DNA from: Sulfurimonadaceae bacterium
GTDB lineage: Bacteria; Campylobacterota; Campylobacteria; Campylobacterales; Sulfurimonadaceae
Assembly: GCA_041562555.1 (NCBI GenBank)
Contig: JBFEXS010000005.1
Span: forward strand, 1 to 39,759
DNA length: 39,759 bases
Reading direction: 5' to 3'
The notes beneath the pieces are model-generated. The model worked only from the letters and a program-made list of their open reading frames with translations, had not been told where the DNA came from and searched no databases. A program made the translations under genes and the position numbers. Shown in pieces: positions 1-8,568 of the stretch (position 1 is its first letter; each line of letters opens with the position of its first letter).

Positions 1-195
1 AAGGAGATGAAAGCCTTTTTATTCGGTATAGCGGACTCCTTACAAAAATGGCGACAAGAGGTCTTAGTCGCACAATCAGCTGCAGACATCCACTTTCTTG
101 ACAGTTCCATCATCAGTGACTGTTTGCAAACCGAGAGCATGCTTTCAGGAGCTTCGAATGGAGAGGATAAAGATCTGGATGATCTTTTCTTTTAA
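1..195 (+). CDS. 3' end of a protein truncated by the window edge (conserved hypothetical with acidic C-terminal tail)
   Basis: The frame is open from base 1 (AAG GAG ATG...) to TAA at 193-195. The 'LQKWRQEVLV...AADIHFLDSS' segment resembles C-termini of Campylobacterota proteins I recall being annotated as Hpt/phosphorelay proteins (unverified). Confidence 0.55.
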   Translation, partial: KEMKAFLFGIADSLQKWRQEVLVAQSAADIHFLDSSIISDCLQTESMLSGASNGEDKDLDDLFF

Positions 196-644
196 AATCC
201 CCGTCCTGCCAAACCTTTGTTAACGGCCTCATCAATCTCTAATACATACTTCGGGTTCTTGGCTTTTAACTTTTGATCAAGGGCGAGAATAAGGTCCTTA
301 TCCGCCGTAGGATTCTTGGATAGATCAATGACCAAAGTCATATATCGTTTAAAATCGGGATGGGGAAGGTCGCCCAACTTGGCATGAATCTTTCCGTGAT
401 GGCGGACCAACTGCTCTATCGCCTCCTTTAACTCTGCCTTTGAACTAGAGCTTTGCGCAAAGATACGCGCAATCCTCTCAAAACTCATGGAACCTTCGAA
501 TACCTCTTCTTCCTGCGGAGCCTGTGACGATTGAACGGCAAGCTTCTTCTCCTCTTCATCCGGAAGATACCAGTATGATAGTAACAAAGGAATCAACACT
601 AAAGTTAAAATACCTAATATCCAATAAAGTGTACTCTCCGACAT
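192..644 (-). CDS. Hypothetical protein with N-terminal transmembrane anchor
   Basis: 150-aa ORF, hydrophobic helix at about aa 6-27, TATAAT -10 and AAGG RBS upstream. Confidence 0.8.
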   Translation of the reverse strand: MSESTLYWILGILTLVLIPLLLSYWYLPDEEEKKLAVQSSQAPQEEEVFEGSMSFERIARIFAQSSSSKAELKEAIEQLVRHHGKIHAKLGDLPHPDFKRYMTLVIDLSKNPTADKDLILALDQKLKAKNPKYVLEIDEAVNKGLAGRGF

Positions 645-797
645 AACCCGCCTTCATGTATTGGAGAATTATAACATAAGAAAAATATGATATTTTAAAC
701 GCTTAAGAGTGGGGTTCCCCCTACAGAAGGGGAAGAGGAACGGAATAGATTCTATTACTAAATATACTGCTAAATTAGATGCAGATTGCCCCTAAGA

Positions 798-2027
798 CTA
801 GAACTTTAAAATGACGTCCAGCTGTACACGATTGTATTCCGGTTCCATTCCGCTTGTTTTACTGTTACTCTCATACAACTTATTGAAGAACCAGTTACCC
901 GCAAGGTATGTCTTCTTACCAAATTTGTATTTTGCTCTGATTGCATGCCCTTTAGAAGCGGTACCGCCACCGAAGTTATCAGAATCAGAATATGCTCCGT
1001 AAGTCGCATCTTCTTGAAGATCAGTATAGGAGTATTTTACCTGCCAATCATTTACCTTTTTAGCCTTACCTATTTGAAAAGCCAGATCATATCCAAAGTT
1101 ATTTTCGTTTGCACCAAGGTTATACACAACGCCCGCTGCAACTTTAAACGGTTGACCAAATACTTTTTTAAACTGAAGTTCACCAAACCCTTCTACCATA
1201 TGATAATCATTTTCATACAAACCGTTTGCGCCCAAAGTATTTCCTTTTCTTGAACCAAAAAGAGGTATATTTCCCTTGAGCCCGTCATAATAATATATAC
1301 CCGTACCCAGATTAAGTTTGGTACTCTCTAGTTTTGTTTTATGTACATATTGTGCTATATAAAGCTCAACATGATCTGCATCATCCGAAGCTTTTTCCTC
1401 CAAAGTCGGTTGGTTCGCACCCAAAGTGATGATATGTGCATCATCTTCATACTGATAATTCGCCCCGTTTAATGAGATATCATTATCCCATACAAGTTGA
1501 GATTTGATAGGTCTGTACATCATATACGGTTGTCTACCTACTTTGTACGTAGAGTTATCTGTCTTGTATGTCAAACCTAACACATTGACTCTAAGAGACT
1601 GGAAAAAATAGTCATTCAGATTTTCATCAGTATAGAATGTCTGGTTTCCTGAAGTCGGGTTTGCAAACCCCGATCGCATACCAAATTCAAAATTCAGGTT
1701 ATCTGTAAGGTCAGCCACTGCACCCAATCTTAAACGGTATCTATTTCTATAGTCATTATCCGCATCAGGCGTATCTTCTCTTTCGATGCTCTCATATCGT
1801 AGTCTTAAGTCACCTTTGAAATGAAACCTGTCGAAGAGAGTTTCTTCCTTCTGAGCAGCTAGCTCGGCTTTCATCTTAGCCAACTCAGCTTCCGTATGTT
1901 CAATGTTCTTTTGTAACTCTTCTTTGCTTGTCTCTTTCTTTTCTTCTATCCTGTCGTGTGGGTGGTCAATGTCCACGGCCATTGCCACTGTCGCTAGTAC
2001 AGCTAGTGATGCTACAATCTTTTTCAT
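798..2027 (-). CDS. Putative outer-membrane porin (Porin_5 / 'putative porin' type), probably phosphate-starvation induced
   Basis: Signal peptide, N-terminal coiled coil, KGDLRLRYE / RYRLRLG / NPTSGNQT / LVWDND motifs, amphipathic beta-strands, C-terminal Phe. Pho-box-like repeat upstream. Confidence 0.8.
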   Translation of the reverse strand: MKKIVASLAVLATVAMAVDIDHPHDRIEEKKETSKEELQKNIEHTEAELAKMKAELAAQKEETLFDRFHFKGDLRLRYESIEREDTPDADNDYRNRYRLRLGAVADLTDNLNFEFGMRSGFANPTSGNQTFYTDENLNDYFFQSLRVNVLGLTYKTDNSTYKVGRQPYMMYRPIKSQLVWDNDISLNGANYQYEDDAHIITLGANQPTLEEKASDDADHVELYIAQYVHKTKLESTKLNLGTGIYYYDGLKGNIPLFGSRKGNTLGANGLYENDYHMVEGFGELQFKKVFGQPFKVAAGVVYNLGANENNFGYDLAFQIGKAKKVNDWQVKYSYTDLQEDATYGAYSDSDNFGGGTASKGHAIRAKYKFGKKTYLAGNWFFNKLYESNSKTSGMEPEYNRVQLDVILKF

Positions 2028-2056
2028 TTTTACTGCCTTAATATTTTATTGGCGGA

Positions 2057-2090
2057 ATGATAGAGAAACTTGGTTACATTTTGATTACAG
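2057..2090 (-). promoter_or_regulatory. Pho-box-like tandem repeat plus -10 for the porin
   Basis: Minus strand reads CTGTAAT-CAAA-ATGTAAC, then 10 nt, then TATCAT. Same geometry as the pstS, phoU and pstC promoters. Confidence 0.7.
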
Positions 2091-2100
2091 TATGTAATAT

Positions 2101-2129
2101 TTGTCATATATTTGTAATCAATATGTAGT
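2101..2129 (+). promoter_or_regulatory. Additional Pho-box-like half-sites with 11-bp period, opposite orientation
   Basis: TTGTCAT-ATAT-TTGTAAT-CAAT-ATGTAGT. Confidence 0.5.
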
Positions 2130-2229
2130 AAATATATTCATATATAAGCCGTCAAAATGCTAAACAGAAGCAAAACCGTGATATTCCTATCGTGATCTAA
2201 TATGTGTATGGTGAAAAAAATAATGGAAG

Positions 2230-2249
2230 AGAAAGCCTAAAGGCTTTCT
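2230..2249 (-). terminator. Probable intrinsic terminator downstream of the DUF2892-like gene
   Basis: Perfect inverted repeat AGAAAGCCT-AA-AGGCTTTCT with a T-rich tract shortly downstream on the minus strand. Confidence 0.6.
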
Positions 2250-2279
2250 GAGGAAAGAAGGAATAATGTGCTTAAATGC

Positions 2280-2483
2280 TTAGCACTTCTTACACTCTTC
2301 TTTAAAGACCTTTTTAAACGTCCATAATGAAGGACAAAAGTCAAAAACAGCCCATATTGAAATCATGCCGATCATGAAGCCCATTAGATAGTTGGCTAAT
2401 GCCATTTCTTGCGTATTGTATAAATATAAGATTATCATTAACATAATTCCCATCATCACACGTTGTAGTCTTTCACTAATCAT
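2280..2483 (-). CDS. Small two-TM membrane protein, DUF2892/YgaP-like (67 aa, MISERLQR...)
   Basis: AGGAG RBS before ATG 2483; two hydrophobic helices, 'ER..R' and 'FCP' motifs typical of DUF2892. Confidence 0.7.
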   Translation of the reverse strand: MISERLQRVMMGIMLMIILYLYNTQEMALANYLMGFMIGMISIWAVFDFCPSLWTFKKVFKEECKKC

Positions 2484-2511
2484 AAAATCTCCTAGTTTTT
2501 TAATATGTACC

Positions 2512-2545
2512 ATTTTACAGAAAATGTGTTACAAAATCGTTGCAT
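2512..2545 (-). promoter_or_regulatory. Pho-box-like repeat plus -10 for the DUF2892-like gene
   Basis: Minus strand reads ATGCAAC-GATT-TTGTAAC, then 10 nt, then TAAAAT. Confidence 0.55.
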
Positions 2546-2568
2546 TTTATATCAATTATCAGATACAG

Positions 2569-3822
2569 TTATAGTAATCCGATTAAAGCAACGAAGAGTA
2601 CTACAGGGGTGATTATCAACCCCACTTTCATATATTCACCCCAGCCGATCTTGACACCCTTTTGTGCCAACACGTGAAGCCATAACAAGGTTGCCAAAGA
2701 ACCTATGGGTGTCATCTTTGGTCCAAGGTTACAGCCAATTATATTCGCATAAGCAAGCTCCATATAGGCTGTCTGTTCAATAGCGATATCCATGATCATG
2801 ATCGTTGGCATATTGTTCATGACCGAACTCAGCAAGGCAGCCAAGAATCCTGTCCCGATTATCCCCGCCGTACGGTCAAAATTATTCATCGCTTCGATCA
2901 CTACCGCCAGGTATGAGGTCATACCTGCATTTTTAAGACCATAAACAACGACATACAAACCGATACTAAACCATACGACCTGCCAAGGTGCTGTCCTGAT
3001 CGTCATAAGCGGTTTGGTCGCCTTATAATAGGTAGCGATACCTAGGAAGATCAAAGCTCCTCCCAAGGCAAAGAGTGAAACAGGCAACTGATAATAATCT
3101 CCAAGAAAATAACCGATCATCAATAATGCTAAAAAGTACCATGACAATTTGAACATCATCTCATGCTTGATTACAGATTCGGGAGTTGCAAGTTCATCCA
3201 CATTGATATGTGCCGGAATATCCTTTCGAAAATAGACCCACAAAACAAGAATAGAGGCTGCAATGCTCAAAAGATTGGGTAAGAACATCTCCTTCGCATA
3301 CTCCCAGAACCCTATACCGAAATAGCCGGCCGTGACGATATTGGTAAGATTTGAGATCACTAAAGGATTAGAGGCCGAATCGCCGATAAAGCCACCCGCC
3401 ATCAAAAAGGCAAAAACAGCGACAGGGTTCATCTTAAGATGCTTCATCTTTGCCAGAAGGATAGGCGTCAAAATCAATGCAGCACCATCATTGGCAAAAA
3501 AAGCAGCGACCAAGGCTCCTAATAACAGGATATAGACAAACATGAGGTGTCCATTTCCCTTTGACAAGCGTGCCATCTTCAGTGCCGCCCACTCAAAATA
3601 ACCGATCTGATCCAGAACCATGGAGAGGATGATTATCCCGATAAATGCGAGTGTCGCATCCCACACTATACCTGTGACGGTCCAGACATCCTCCAAGGAG
3701 ACAACCCCCGTAAATAAAGCAAGAGATGCCCCGATGACGGCTGTCGTACCGATCTGTAGACCCTTAGGCTGCCAGATCACAAAGATCAATGTTAAAAGAA
3801 AAACACCAAAAGCGATTATCAT
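2569..3822 (-). CDS. arsB: Arsenite efflux pump ArsB
   Basis: WQPKGL, FFANDGAALILTP, NPLVISNLTNI, MNNMPT, GCNLGPKMTPIGSLATLLW motifs; ATGA overlap with the arsC stop. Confidence 0.95.
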   Translation of the reverse strand: MIIAFGVFLLTLIFVIWQPKGLQIGTTAVIGASLALFTGVVSLEDVWTVTGIVWDATLAFIGIIILSMVLDQIGYFEWAALKMARLSKGNGHLMFVYILLLGALVAAFFANDGAALILTPILLAKMKHLKMNPVAVFAFLMAGGFIGDSASNPLVISNLTNIVTAGYFGIGFWEYAKEMFLPNLLSIAASILVLWVYFRKDIPAHINVDELATPESVIKHEMMFKLSWYFLALLMIGYFLGDYYQLPVSLFALGGALIFLGIATYYKATKPLMTIRTAPWQVVWFSIGLYVVVYGLKNAGMTSYLAVVIEAMNNFDRTAGIIGTGFLAALLSSVMNNMPTIMIMDIAIEQTAYMELAYANIIGCNLGPKMTPIGSLATLLWLHVLAQKGVKIGWGEYMKVGLIITPVVLFVALIGLL

Positions 3823-4223
3823 TCGCACAACTCCTTCTCTATTACAGGTAGAAGCTGAGTCTCGATCTCAAACATTGTCTGTACAAAGGCTTCAGGCCCT
3901 TTACCATCGGGATCTTCAAACCCGATATGAATCGTTTTTACAGGCTTTGGAAAACTTGGACACGTCTCTTCGGCATGTGAACATACCGTGACGATCAGAT
4001 CAAAATCAATGTCCATCACACTTTCGATAACCTTGGAATGGTATTCATCTCTCCACATATCATGCTCTTGTAGCAGCTCTTTGGCATGAGGATTTACACG
4101 TCCACTTGCTTTCACTCCCGAACTATAGGCCTCTATACATCGATCCAGTTTGGCATTGATCAGTGCTTCTGCAATAATCGAGCGACAGGAGTTTCCCGTA
4201 CATAAGATCAATACTTTTTTCAT
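3819..4223 (-). CDS. arsC: Thioredoxin-type arsenate reductase (LMW-PTP fold)
   Basis: CTGNSCRS P-loop, VC...ETCP and FEDP motifs; ATGA overlap with the arsR stop gives start 4223. Confidence 0.93.
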   Translation of the reverse strand: MKKVLILCTGNSCRSIIAEALINAKLDRCIEAYSSGVKASGRVNPHAKELLQEHDMWRDEYHSKVIESVMDIDFDLIVTVCSHAEETCPSFPKPVKTIHIGFEDPDGKGPEAFVQTMFEIETQLLPVIEKELCE

Positions 4224-4540
4224 AGGATACACCCCTCTTTTTCTATTTTTTTCAATGCAGGCAGATCGATCTGTAAATGCCGGATCTCTTCAATTGCATT
4301 GAGACGAAACTTATCCAAAGGGGTACGGATGCTATAATAGGCCCATGTCCCCCTTCTATCTACCCTAAGGAAACCACCCTCTTTCAATATCTTCAGATGC
4401 CGTGAAAGACGTGATTGGATCATGTCCAAAGACGACTGCAGATCGCACACGCATAAGGCCCCGTGTTCGTCCAAAAAACGAAGGATCAGTATCCGTGTCT
4501 CGTCATTCAACGCGGCTACCGTATTCAGAAAGATATCCAT
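4220..4540 (-). CDS. arsR: ArsR/SmtB transcriptional repressor
   Basis: True start MDIFL at 4540; LCVCDL metalloid site, QSRLSRHLKIL helix-turn-helix, RRGTWAYY wing. Confidence 0.93.
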   Translation of the reverse strand: MDIFLNTVAALNDETRILILRFLDEHGALCVCDLQSSLDMIQSRLSRHLKILKEGGFLRVDRRGTWAYYSIRTPLDKFRLNAIEEIRHLQIDLPALKKIEKEGCIL

Positions 4541-4541
4541 A

Positions 4542-4994
4542 TCAACACGAACCTGTGGACCACTTGCCATTGGCAGAGAAACTTGGTTCACAACACCCAC
4601 TTCCTCCGGTAAACTCATCTCCGCCAAAGTACTCAATCTGCTCCATCGTATGATAGTTTTCCCAGATGATGTTTTGCGGATCCTGTACCCAATACTTTTT
4701 GGATGTCGCGTAACAACACTGTGCTTCTTCCTGCTTCTGTCCACTGACTTTCGCATCCAATAGACGCTGTTCCACCTCAACCAGAGCTTCATCACTATCC
4801 ACCTGGAGTCCAAGATGATTCAACCCGATTTTGTCACGTCCGGAAGAGATCGCCATATTGACCGCAGGATCATCAACGAGCCACTGCACATAATCCTCTT
4901 TTTCCTTGGTCGGTTCCATACCGAAAAGGGCACTATAAAACCGTTTACTCTCCTCAAGATCCTTCACCGCAATATGAATATGTAGTCGTTTCAT
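4542..4994 (-). CDS. arsI: ArsI/CadI family VOC metalloenzyme (putative C-As lyase)
   Basis: HIHIAVKDLE, NHLG, vicinal CCYA, WVQDP..WE motifs; first gene of the ars operon with AAGGAG RBS. Confidence 0.82.
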   Translation of the reverse strand: MKRLHIHIAVKDLEESKRFYSALFGMEPTKEKEDYVQWLVDDPAVNMAISSGRDKIGLNHLGLQVDSDEALVEVEQRLLDAKVSGQKQEEAQCCYATSKKYWVQDPQNIIWENYHTMEQIEYFGGDEFTGGSGCCEPSFSANGKWSTGSC

Positions 4995-5043
4995 CTACTC
5001 TCCTTGAATACTTTGTGACATAGTAACCAAATTACTTTAATAT

Positions 5044-5059
5044 ATCAAGATATATTGAT
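5044..5059. promoter_or_regulatory. Putative ArsR operator
   Basis: Palindrome ATCAA-N6-TTGAT upstream of the ars operon -10 (TACTAT); matches the ATCAA(N6)TTGAT motif described for some ArsR repressors. Confidence 0.7.
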
Positions 5060-5162
5060 TTAATAGAAAGTGTAACACATCCGAATTATAATTTTTTTTC
5101 ATAACAATTCTTTAACATAAAAATCGCATAATTATCCTATAATAAAATAAAAAAGGATTGGA

Positions 5163-6041
5163 ATGTATAAGATAGTTCTATCAATACTGACGCTTATGAC
5201 ACTTGTTTTCAGTGGCTGTTCAACAAAAGAAGTAGTTGCCGGGTATACGGGACCAAAAGAGGTCAGCACCTACGTAATTGCTCCACTTGCGAGTACTGAA
5301 GAGGTAAAAGCGGCATTGACTTCACAAGGTTTTGAGATTGTCTCAGTATCAAAGGTGACCAAGGCGAAGATGGATACGATTGTCTTTACCCACCCCCATC
5401 TAAAAGCACTTGCAAACAAGCCTGGACGCGGTTTCTTAGCCGGTTCAATGCGTGCACTTGTCAATACCGAAGGAAAAGAAGTACGTATCACAAACCCTCG
5501 TTATTTTGTCCGTGCTTTCTTACAGGATGACTACAAACTCAATGATGAAGTTCCTCTCTTGGATGCACTTAACAAAGCCTTCCCTCAGCTAACACCATCT
5601 GCTGACAAATGGGAATTCGATGCACTGCCAAATTATCAGTTCATGATCTCAAGACCTTATTACCAGGACGTCATCGAGATCAATGAGGGAAATCTTGCTG
5701 AGCTTCAAGCAAAACTTGAGAAAAAAGCGAAAAAGAACCTGATCTTCAAACTCGAACTTGACAAAGACCGTGTCCTGTATGGTGTTAACCTTGGTAAGCG
5801 TACGATGAAATTTCCGGACAAGATCGGTGTACAAAATGCCGGACTGCTTCCTTGGATGGTATTGATAGAGAATCATACGGTGAAAAAAGACGGCAAAGAA
5901 AGTGTTGTAGCAAAAGCGACGGCGATGAGAGCCGATTATTATATCGCGATCTCCTATCCTCTTCTTGATCTTATGGGATTTGCTACGATCATGACCGTTC
6001 CGGGTGCTGTCATCAAAGATCTGGAAAAATATCTGAAATAA
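5163..6041 (+). CDS. Conserved hypothetical lipoprotein (possibly DUF302-like domains)
   Basis: Lipobox VFSG-C, AAGGA RBS, TATAAT upstream; the 'AGLLPWMVLIE' segment is reminiscent of DUF302. Confidence 0.75.
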   Translation: MYKIVLSILTLMTLVFSGCSTKEVVAGYTGPKEVSTYVIAPLASTEEVKAALTSQGFEIVSVSKVTKAKMDTIVFTHPHLKALANKPGRGFLAGSMRALVNTEGKEVRITNPRYFVRAFLQDDYKLNDEVPLLDALNKAFPQLTPSADKWEFDALPNYQFMISRPYYQDVIEINEGNLAELQAKLEKKAKKNLIFKLELDKDRVLYGVNLGKRTMKFPDKIGVQNAGLLPWMVLIENHTVKKDGKESVVAKATAMRADYYIAISYPLLDLMGFATIMTVPGAVIKDLEKYLK

Positions 6042-6066
6042 GTTTTTGGTCTAGAGAGATAGATCT

Positions 6067-6849
6067 CTAGATCGTCTCATGAACCTCTTGGAAGGATTGA
6101 CCTTTTTTAAAGGCTACTTCCACAAACTGCATATCGATATGCAGCACTTCACCCTCATGGGTTTTGAATGTCTTCTTCATGATCGTATCCACGCCGTCCA
6201 TACAGATCTTACTTGCTTTAACCGCCACTCTATCCTTCGCAACTGCGACAAACTGTACTCCCATGTAACGGACAAGATGTATGCCCATGTTCTTAAGGCT
6301 GTTCTGAAACACTTTACTGACGAACTTCAACACTGTGTCACCCGCCTCATGTCCGTGTTCATGATTGAGCTGAGAAAAGTTATTGACTGTGATGTGCAGA
6401 AGGACTCCATCGGTTTTAAAACAACCCTCTGGATCCAACTCCTGATTCATCAAAAACTTGCGGTTATAGATCCCTGTGACATCATCGGTATAGATATCTT
6501 TTTCCAACTCTTGAATGCGTGCTTCATAACTCTTAAGCTGGTTGTAGGCACTCTTTAAACCGCCTGCATCATTATTATCGATAGCCGTCATTGCATCTTC
6601 TGTACTCTGCTTGATATCCGAAACACTCTGTGCCACATCCTGCATGGTCTTATCAAAGTCACCGTAACCCTTGAACTGTCTAAAAACAAGTCCTTTAAGC
6701 TTTTCCTCGCTCAAAACATTCGTATCCTTGGAAAGAGCCTTCACAAAAGTATCAAAAACATCTACACTGGTAATATTCTGATCTACTTCAAAATGCTCAT
6801 TCATCTCTTTTATAAAAACAGCTTTTTTGATAGACAGGAGTTCAGACAT
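6067..6849 (-). CDS. Degenerate GGDEF-domain protein
   Basis: TDDVTGIYNR and NHEHGHEAGDTVL are present, but the active site reads RYMGVQF; N-terminal coiled coil. Confidence 0.85.
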   Translation of the reverse strand: MSELLSIKKAVFIKEMNEHFEVDQNITSVDVFDTFVKALSKDTNVLSEEKLKGLVFRQFKGYGDFDKTMQDVAQSVSDIKQSTEDAMTAIDNNDAGGLKSAYNQLKSYEARIQELEKDIYTDDVTGIYNRKFLMNQELDPEGCFKTDGVLLHITVNNFSQLNHEHGHEAGDTVLKFVSKVFQNSLKNMGIHLVRYMGVQFVAVAKDRVAVKASKICMDGVDTIMKKTFKTHEGEVLHIDMQFVEVAFKKGQSFQEVHETI

Positions 6850-6926
6850 GCTACAACCTCATTAGAAATTTCACCTATTATACATTCCTCTATCCAAAAA
6901 AAAGCTTATCGATACATTCTAAATGG

Positions 6927-7682
6927 CTATTTTAGGACCGTCTCCTTTTGACTAAGCCCTAATACACCGACAAGTGTTGTCAATGCTCCAACGAAGACTA
7001 TCGTATATCCCGTAGGAAGATCATAAGAGTAGGAGATAAAAATAGCGATCAAAGAGAATATCCATCCATACAGATATGCGAAACCTAACCGGCCCATCTT
7101 ATCTTGCATACTTGCAAGCAAAATTGGTGCGACTAAGAGTACAAAAACGACCAGAACCCCGGCCAACTGGACAGAAGAGGTCACAGTGATCGCCAACATG
7201 ACAAAAAACAGCAGATCTTTACTGAAACCCTCAAGCCTTGGATAGACTTTCCAAATGATGAGTGCCAATACCAGGTATATCCCTGTACTGTATCCAATAT
7301 CTTCCAAAGGAGTGAATAGGATATCCGTTGCCAGCAGTGCTTTAAAATGCTCCATGCCTTCTGCTGAATCAGCTAAAACCATCATAATACCGCTTGCTCC
7401 CAATACATATAGAATACCGATGAAAGCTTCCAGCTGTACATTGCGATAGGAAGCTAAAGAGATCAGCAAAGCACTTAAAAGGGCAAAGCCCAACGTTAGC
7501 ACATAGATATATTCCGAATGCAGATATCCCAAGCTTACGGCGGAACCCAGGGCAGCAAACTGTGAGATCGCCAGGTCCGTAAAGATCACACCTCTTTCAA
7601 GTACGCCCTTTCCAAACCAGGCATGGATCATGACCAGGACGATCACCAAAAAGATAGGCGGTAAAAAGATATCAATCATCAT
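6927..7682 (-). CDS. Metal ABC transporter permease (ZnuB/MntB family)
   Basis: Polytopic membrane protein with RGVIFTDLAISQ and SSVQLAGVLVVF motifs; overlaps the binding-protein stop. Confidence 0.88.
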   Translation of the reverse strand: MMIDIFLPPIFLVIVLVMIHAWFGKGVLERGVIFTDLAISQFAALGSAVSLGYLHSEYIYVLTLGFALLSALLISLASYRNVQLEAFIGILYVLGASGIMMVLADSAEGMEHFKALLATDILFTPLEDIGYSTGIYLVLALIIWKVYPRLEGFSKDLLFFVMLAITVTSSVQLAGVLVVFVLLVAPILLASMQDKMGRLGFAYLYGWIFSLIAIFISYSYDLPTGYTIVFVGALTTLVGVLGLSQKETVLK

Positions 7683-8553
7683 GCACCGCCTCAGTCATAT
7701 AATCAAAAAGCCCTACCAGACTCTCTACCGACTCCAAAGCACCGATATCATGGGGCATCAACACCAGCTTGATATCTGTCTTGTCCACTAAATACTCTGC
7801 CGTCGAACTCGCGTGGTAAACATCATGCAAAATGTATGAAGGCTTCTGCTCCCGGATGATCTGCATAAGTCTCAATGTGTGCCGTGATGAAGGCGGTATT
7901 CCGGGAAGCGGCTCAATCGTGGCAATGCTTGTAATCCCGAACGCCTTATTGAAATAGGCAAGGTTATCATGGAACTGAATTACCTTCATCCCCTTTTTAT
8001 CGGCCATCCGAGCTTCCCACCGCTTTATATGCTCACTCCATTTTGTCTCAAAAGTATGAAGGTTTTGTTCAAACATCTGTGCATTGTCCGGGTCCAAACG
8101 ACTCAAAAAACCTGCAATACTTTGTGCCAAAACAATCATATTGTACGGATCCAAGTGGAAATGTGGGTTTCCATCGGGATGGACATCTCCCAAAGAACGA
8201 TCCACAGACTGAGGCTTTTGAATCAGTTCCAACTGGTGGGAAAGATTTAAAAAACTCTGTGCATTGGGACTGATCTTTGTATTTGCCGCCCGTCTTATCA
8301 GTGGCGGAAGCCATCCGATCTCCAACTGTGCCCCGTTGATGATCAAGGCGTCTCCCCGACGGAGTTTTGCGATCAACGAGGGTCGGGGAACCACAAAATG
8401 CGGGTCCCAGTTTCCCTTTGCCAGAACAGTAATATCGACTCTGTTTTGAGAGATCTCTTCCGTCAGAGCGCCTATATAGGGGTAAGAGACACAGACGTTC
8501 AGCTTAGCCCAAAGAAGATACGGCAGACACAATGTAACGATAATACGCTTCAT
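7672..8553 (-). CDS. Metal ABC transporter substrate-binding protein (ZnuA/TroA family)
   Basis: DPHF, NGAQLE.GW, DVHPDGNPHF, FHD and EPLPGIPPS motifs. Start 8553 best fits RBS spacing; 8559 is the alternative. Confidence 0.9.
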   Translation of the reverse strand: MKRIIVTLCLPYLLWAKLNVCVSYPYIGALTEEISQNRVDITVLAKGNWDPHFVVPRPSLIAKLRRGDALIINGAQLEIGWLPPLIRRAANTKISPNAQSFLNLSHQLELIQKPQSVDRSLGDVHPDGNPHFHLDPYNMIVLAQSIAGFLSRLDPDNAQMFEQNLHTFETKWSEHIKRWEARMADKKGMKVIQFHDNLAYFNKAFGITSIATIEPLPGIPPSSRHTLRLMQIIREQKPSYILHDVYHASSTAEYLVDKTDIKLVLMPHDIGALESVESLVGLFDYMTEAVHDD

Positions 8554-8568
8554 ACGCATCCTTTTTTC

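Noticed and set aside
7..195. Stand-alone 62-aa protein
   Set aside because: The AAGGAG directly abuts the ATG and the frame is open to the window edge, so it is more likely the tail of a longer gene.
715..734. TTCCCC/GGGGAA hairpin downstream of the porin as a terminator
   Set aside because: Short stem with no U-tract on the minus strand; plausible but not supportable.
4500..4547. arsI ends Cys-TGA, a possible selenocysteine read-through
   Set aside because: No convincing SECIS hairpin downstream, and the TGA sits 1 nt before the arsR ATG as in ordinary coupling.
4541..4813. N-terminal extension of the 197-aa ArsR ORF
   Set aside because: It overlaps arsI in another frame; ArsR homology begins at MDIFL (4540), 1 nt after the arsI stop.
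5059..5092. Full Pho box before the lipoprotein gene
   Set aside because: Only one good half-site (GTGTAAC); the upstream position reads TTTAATA, so it is not called as a feature.
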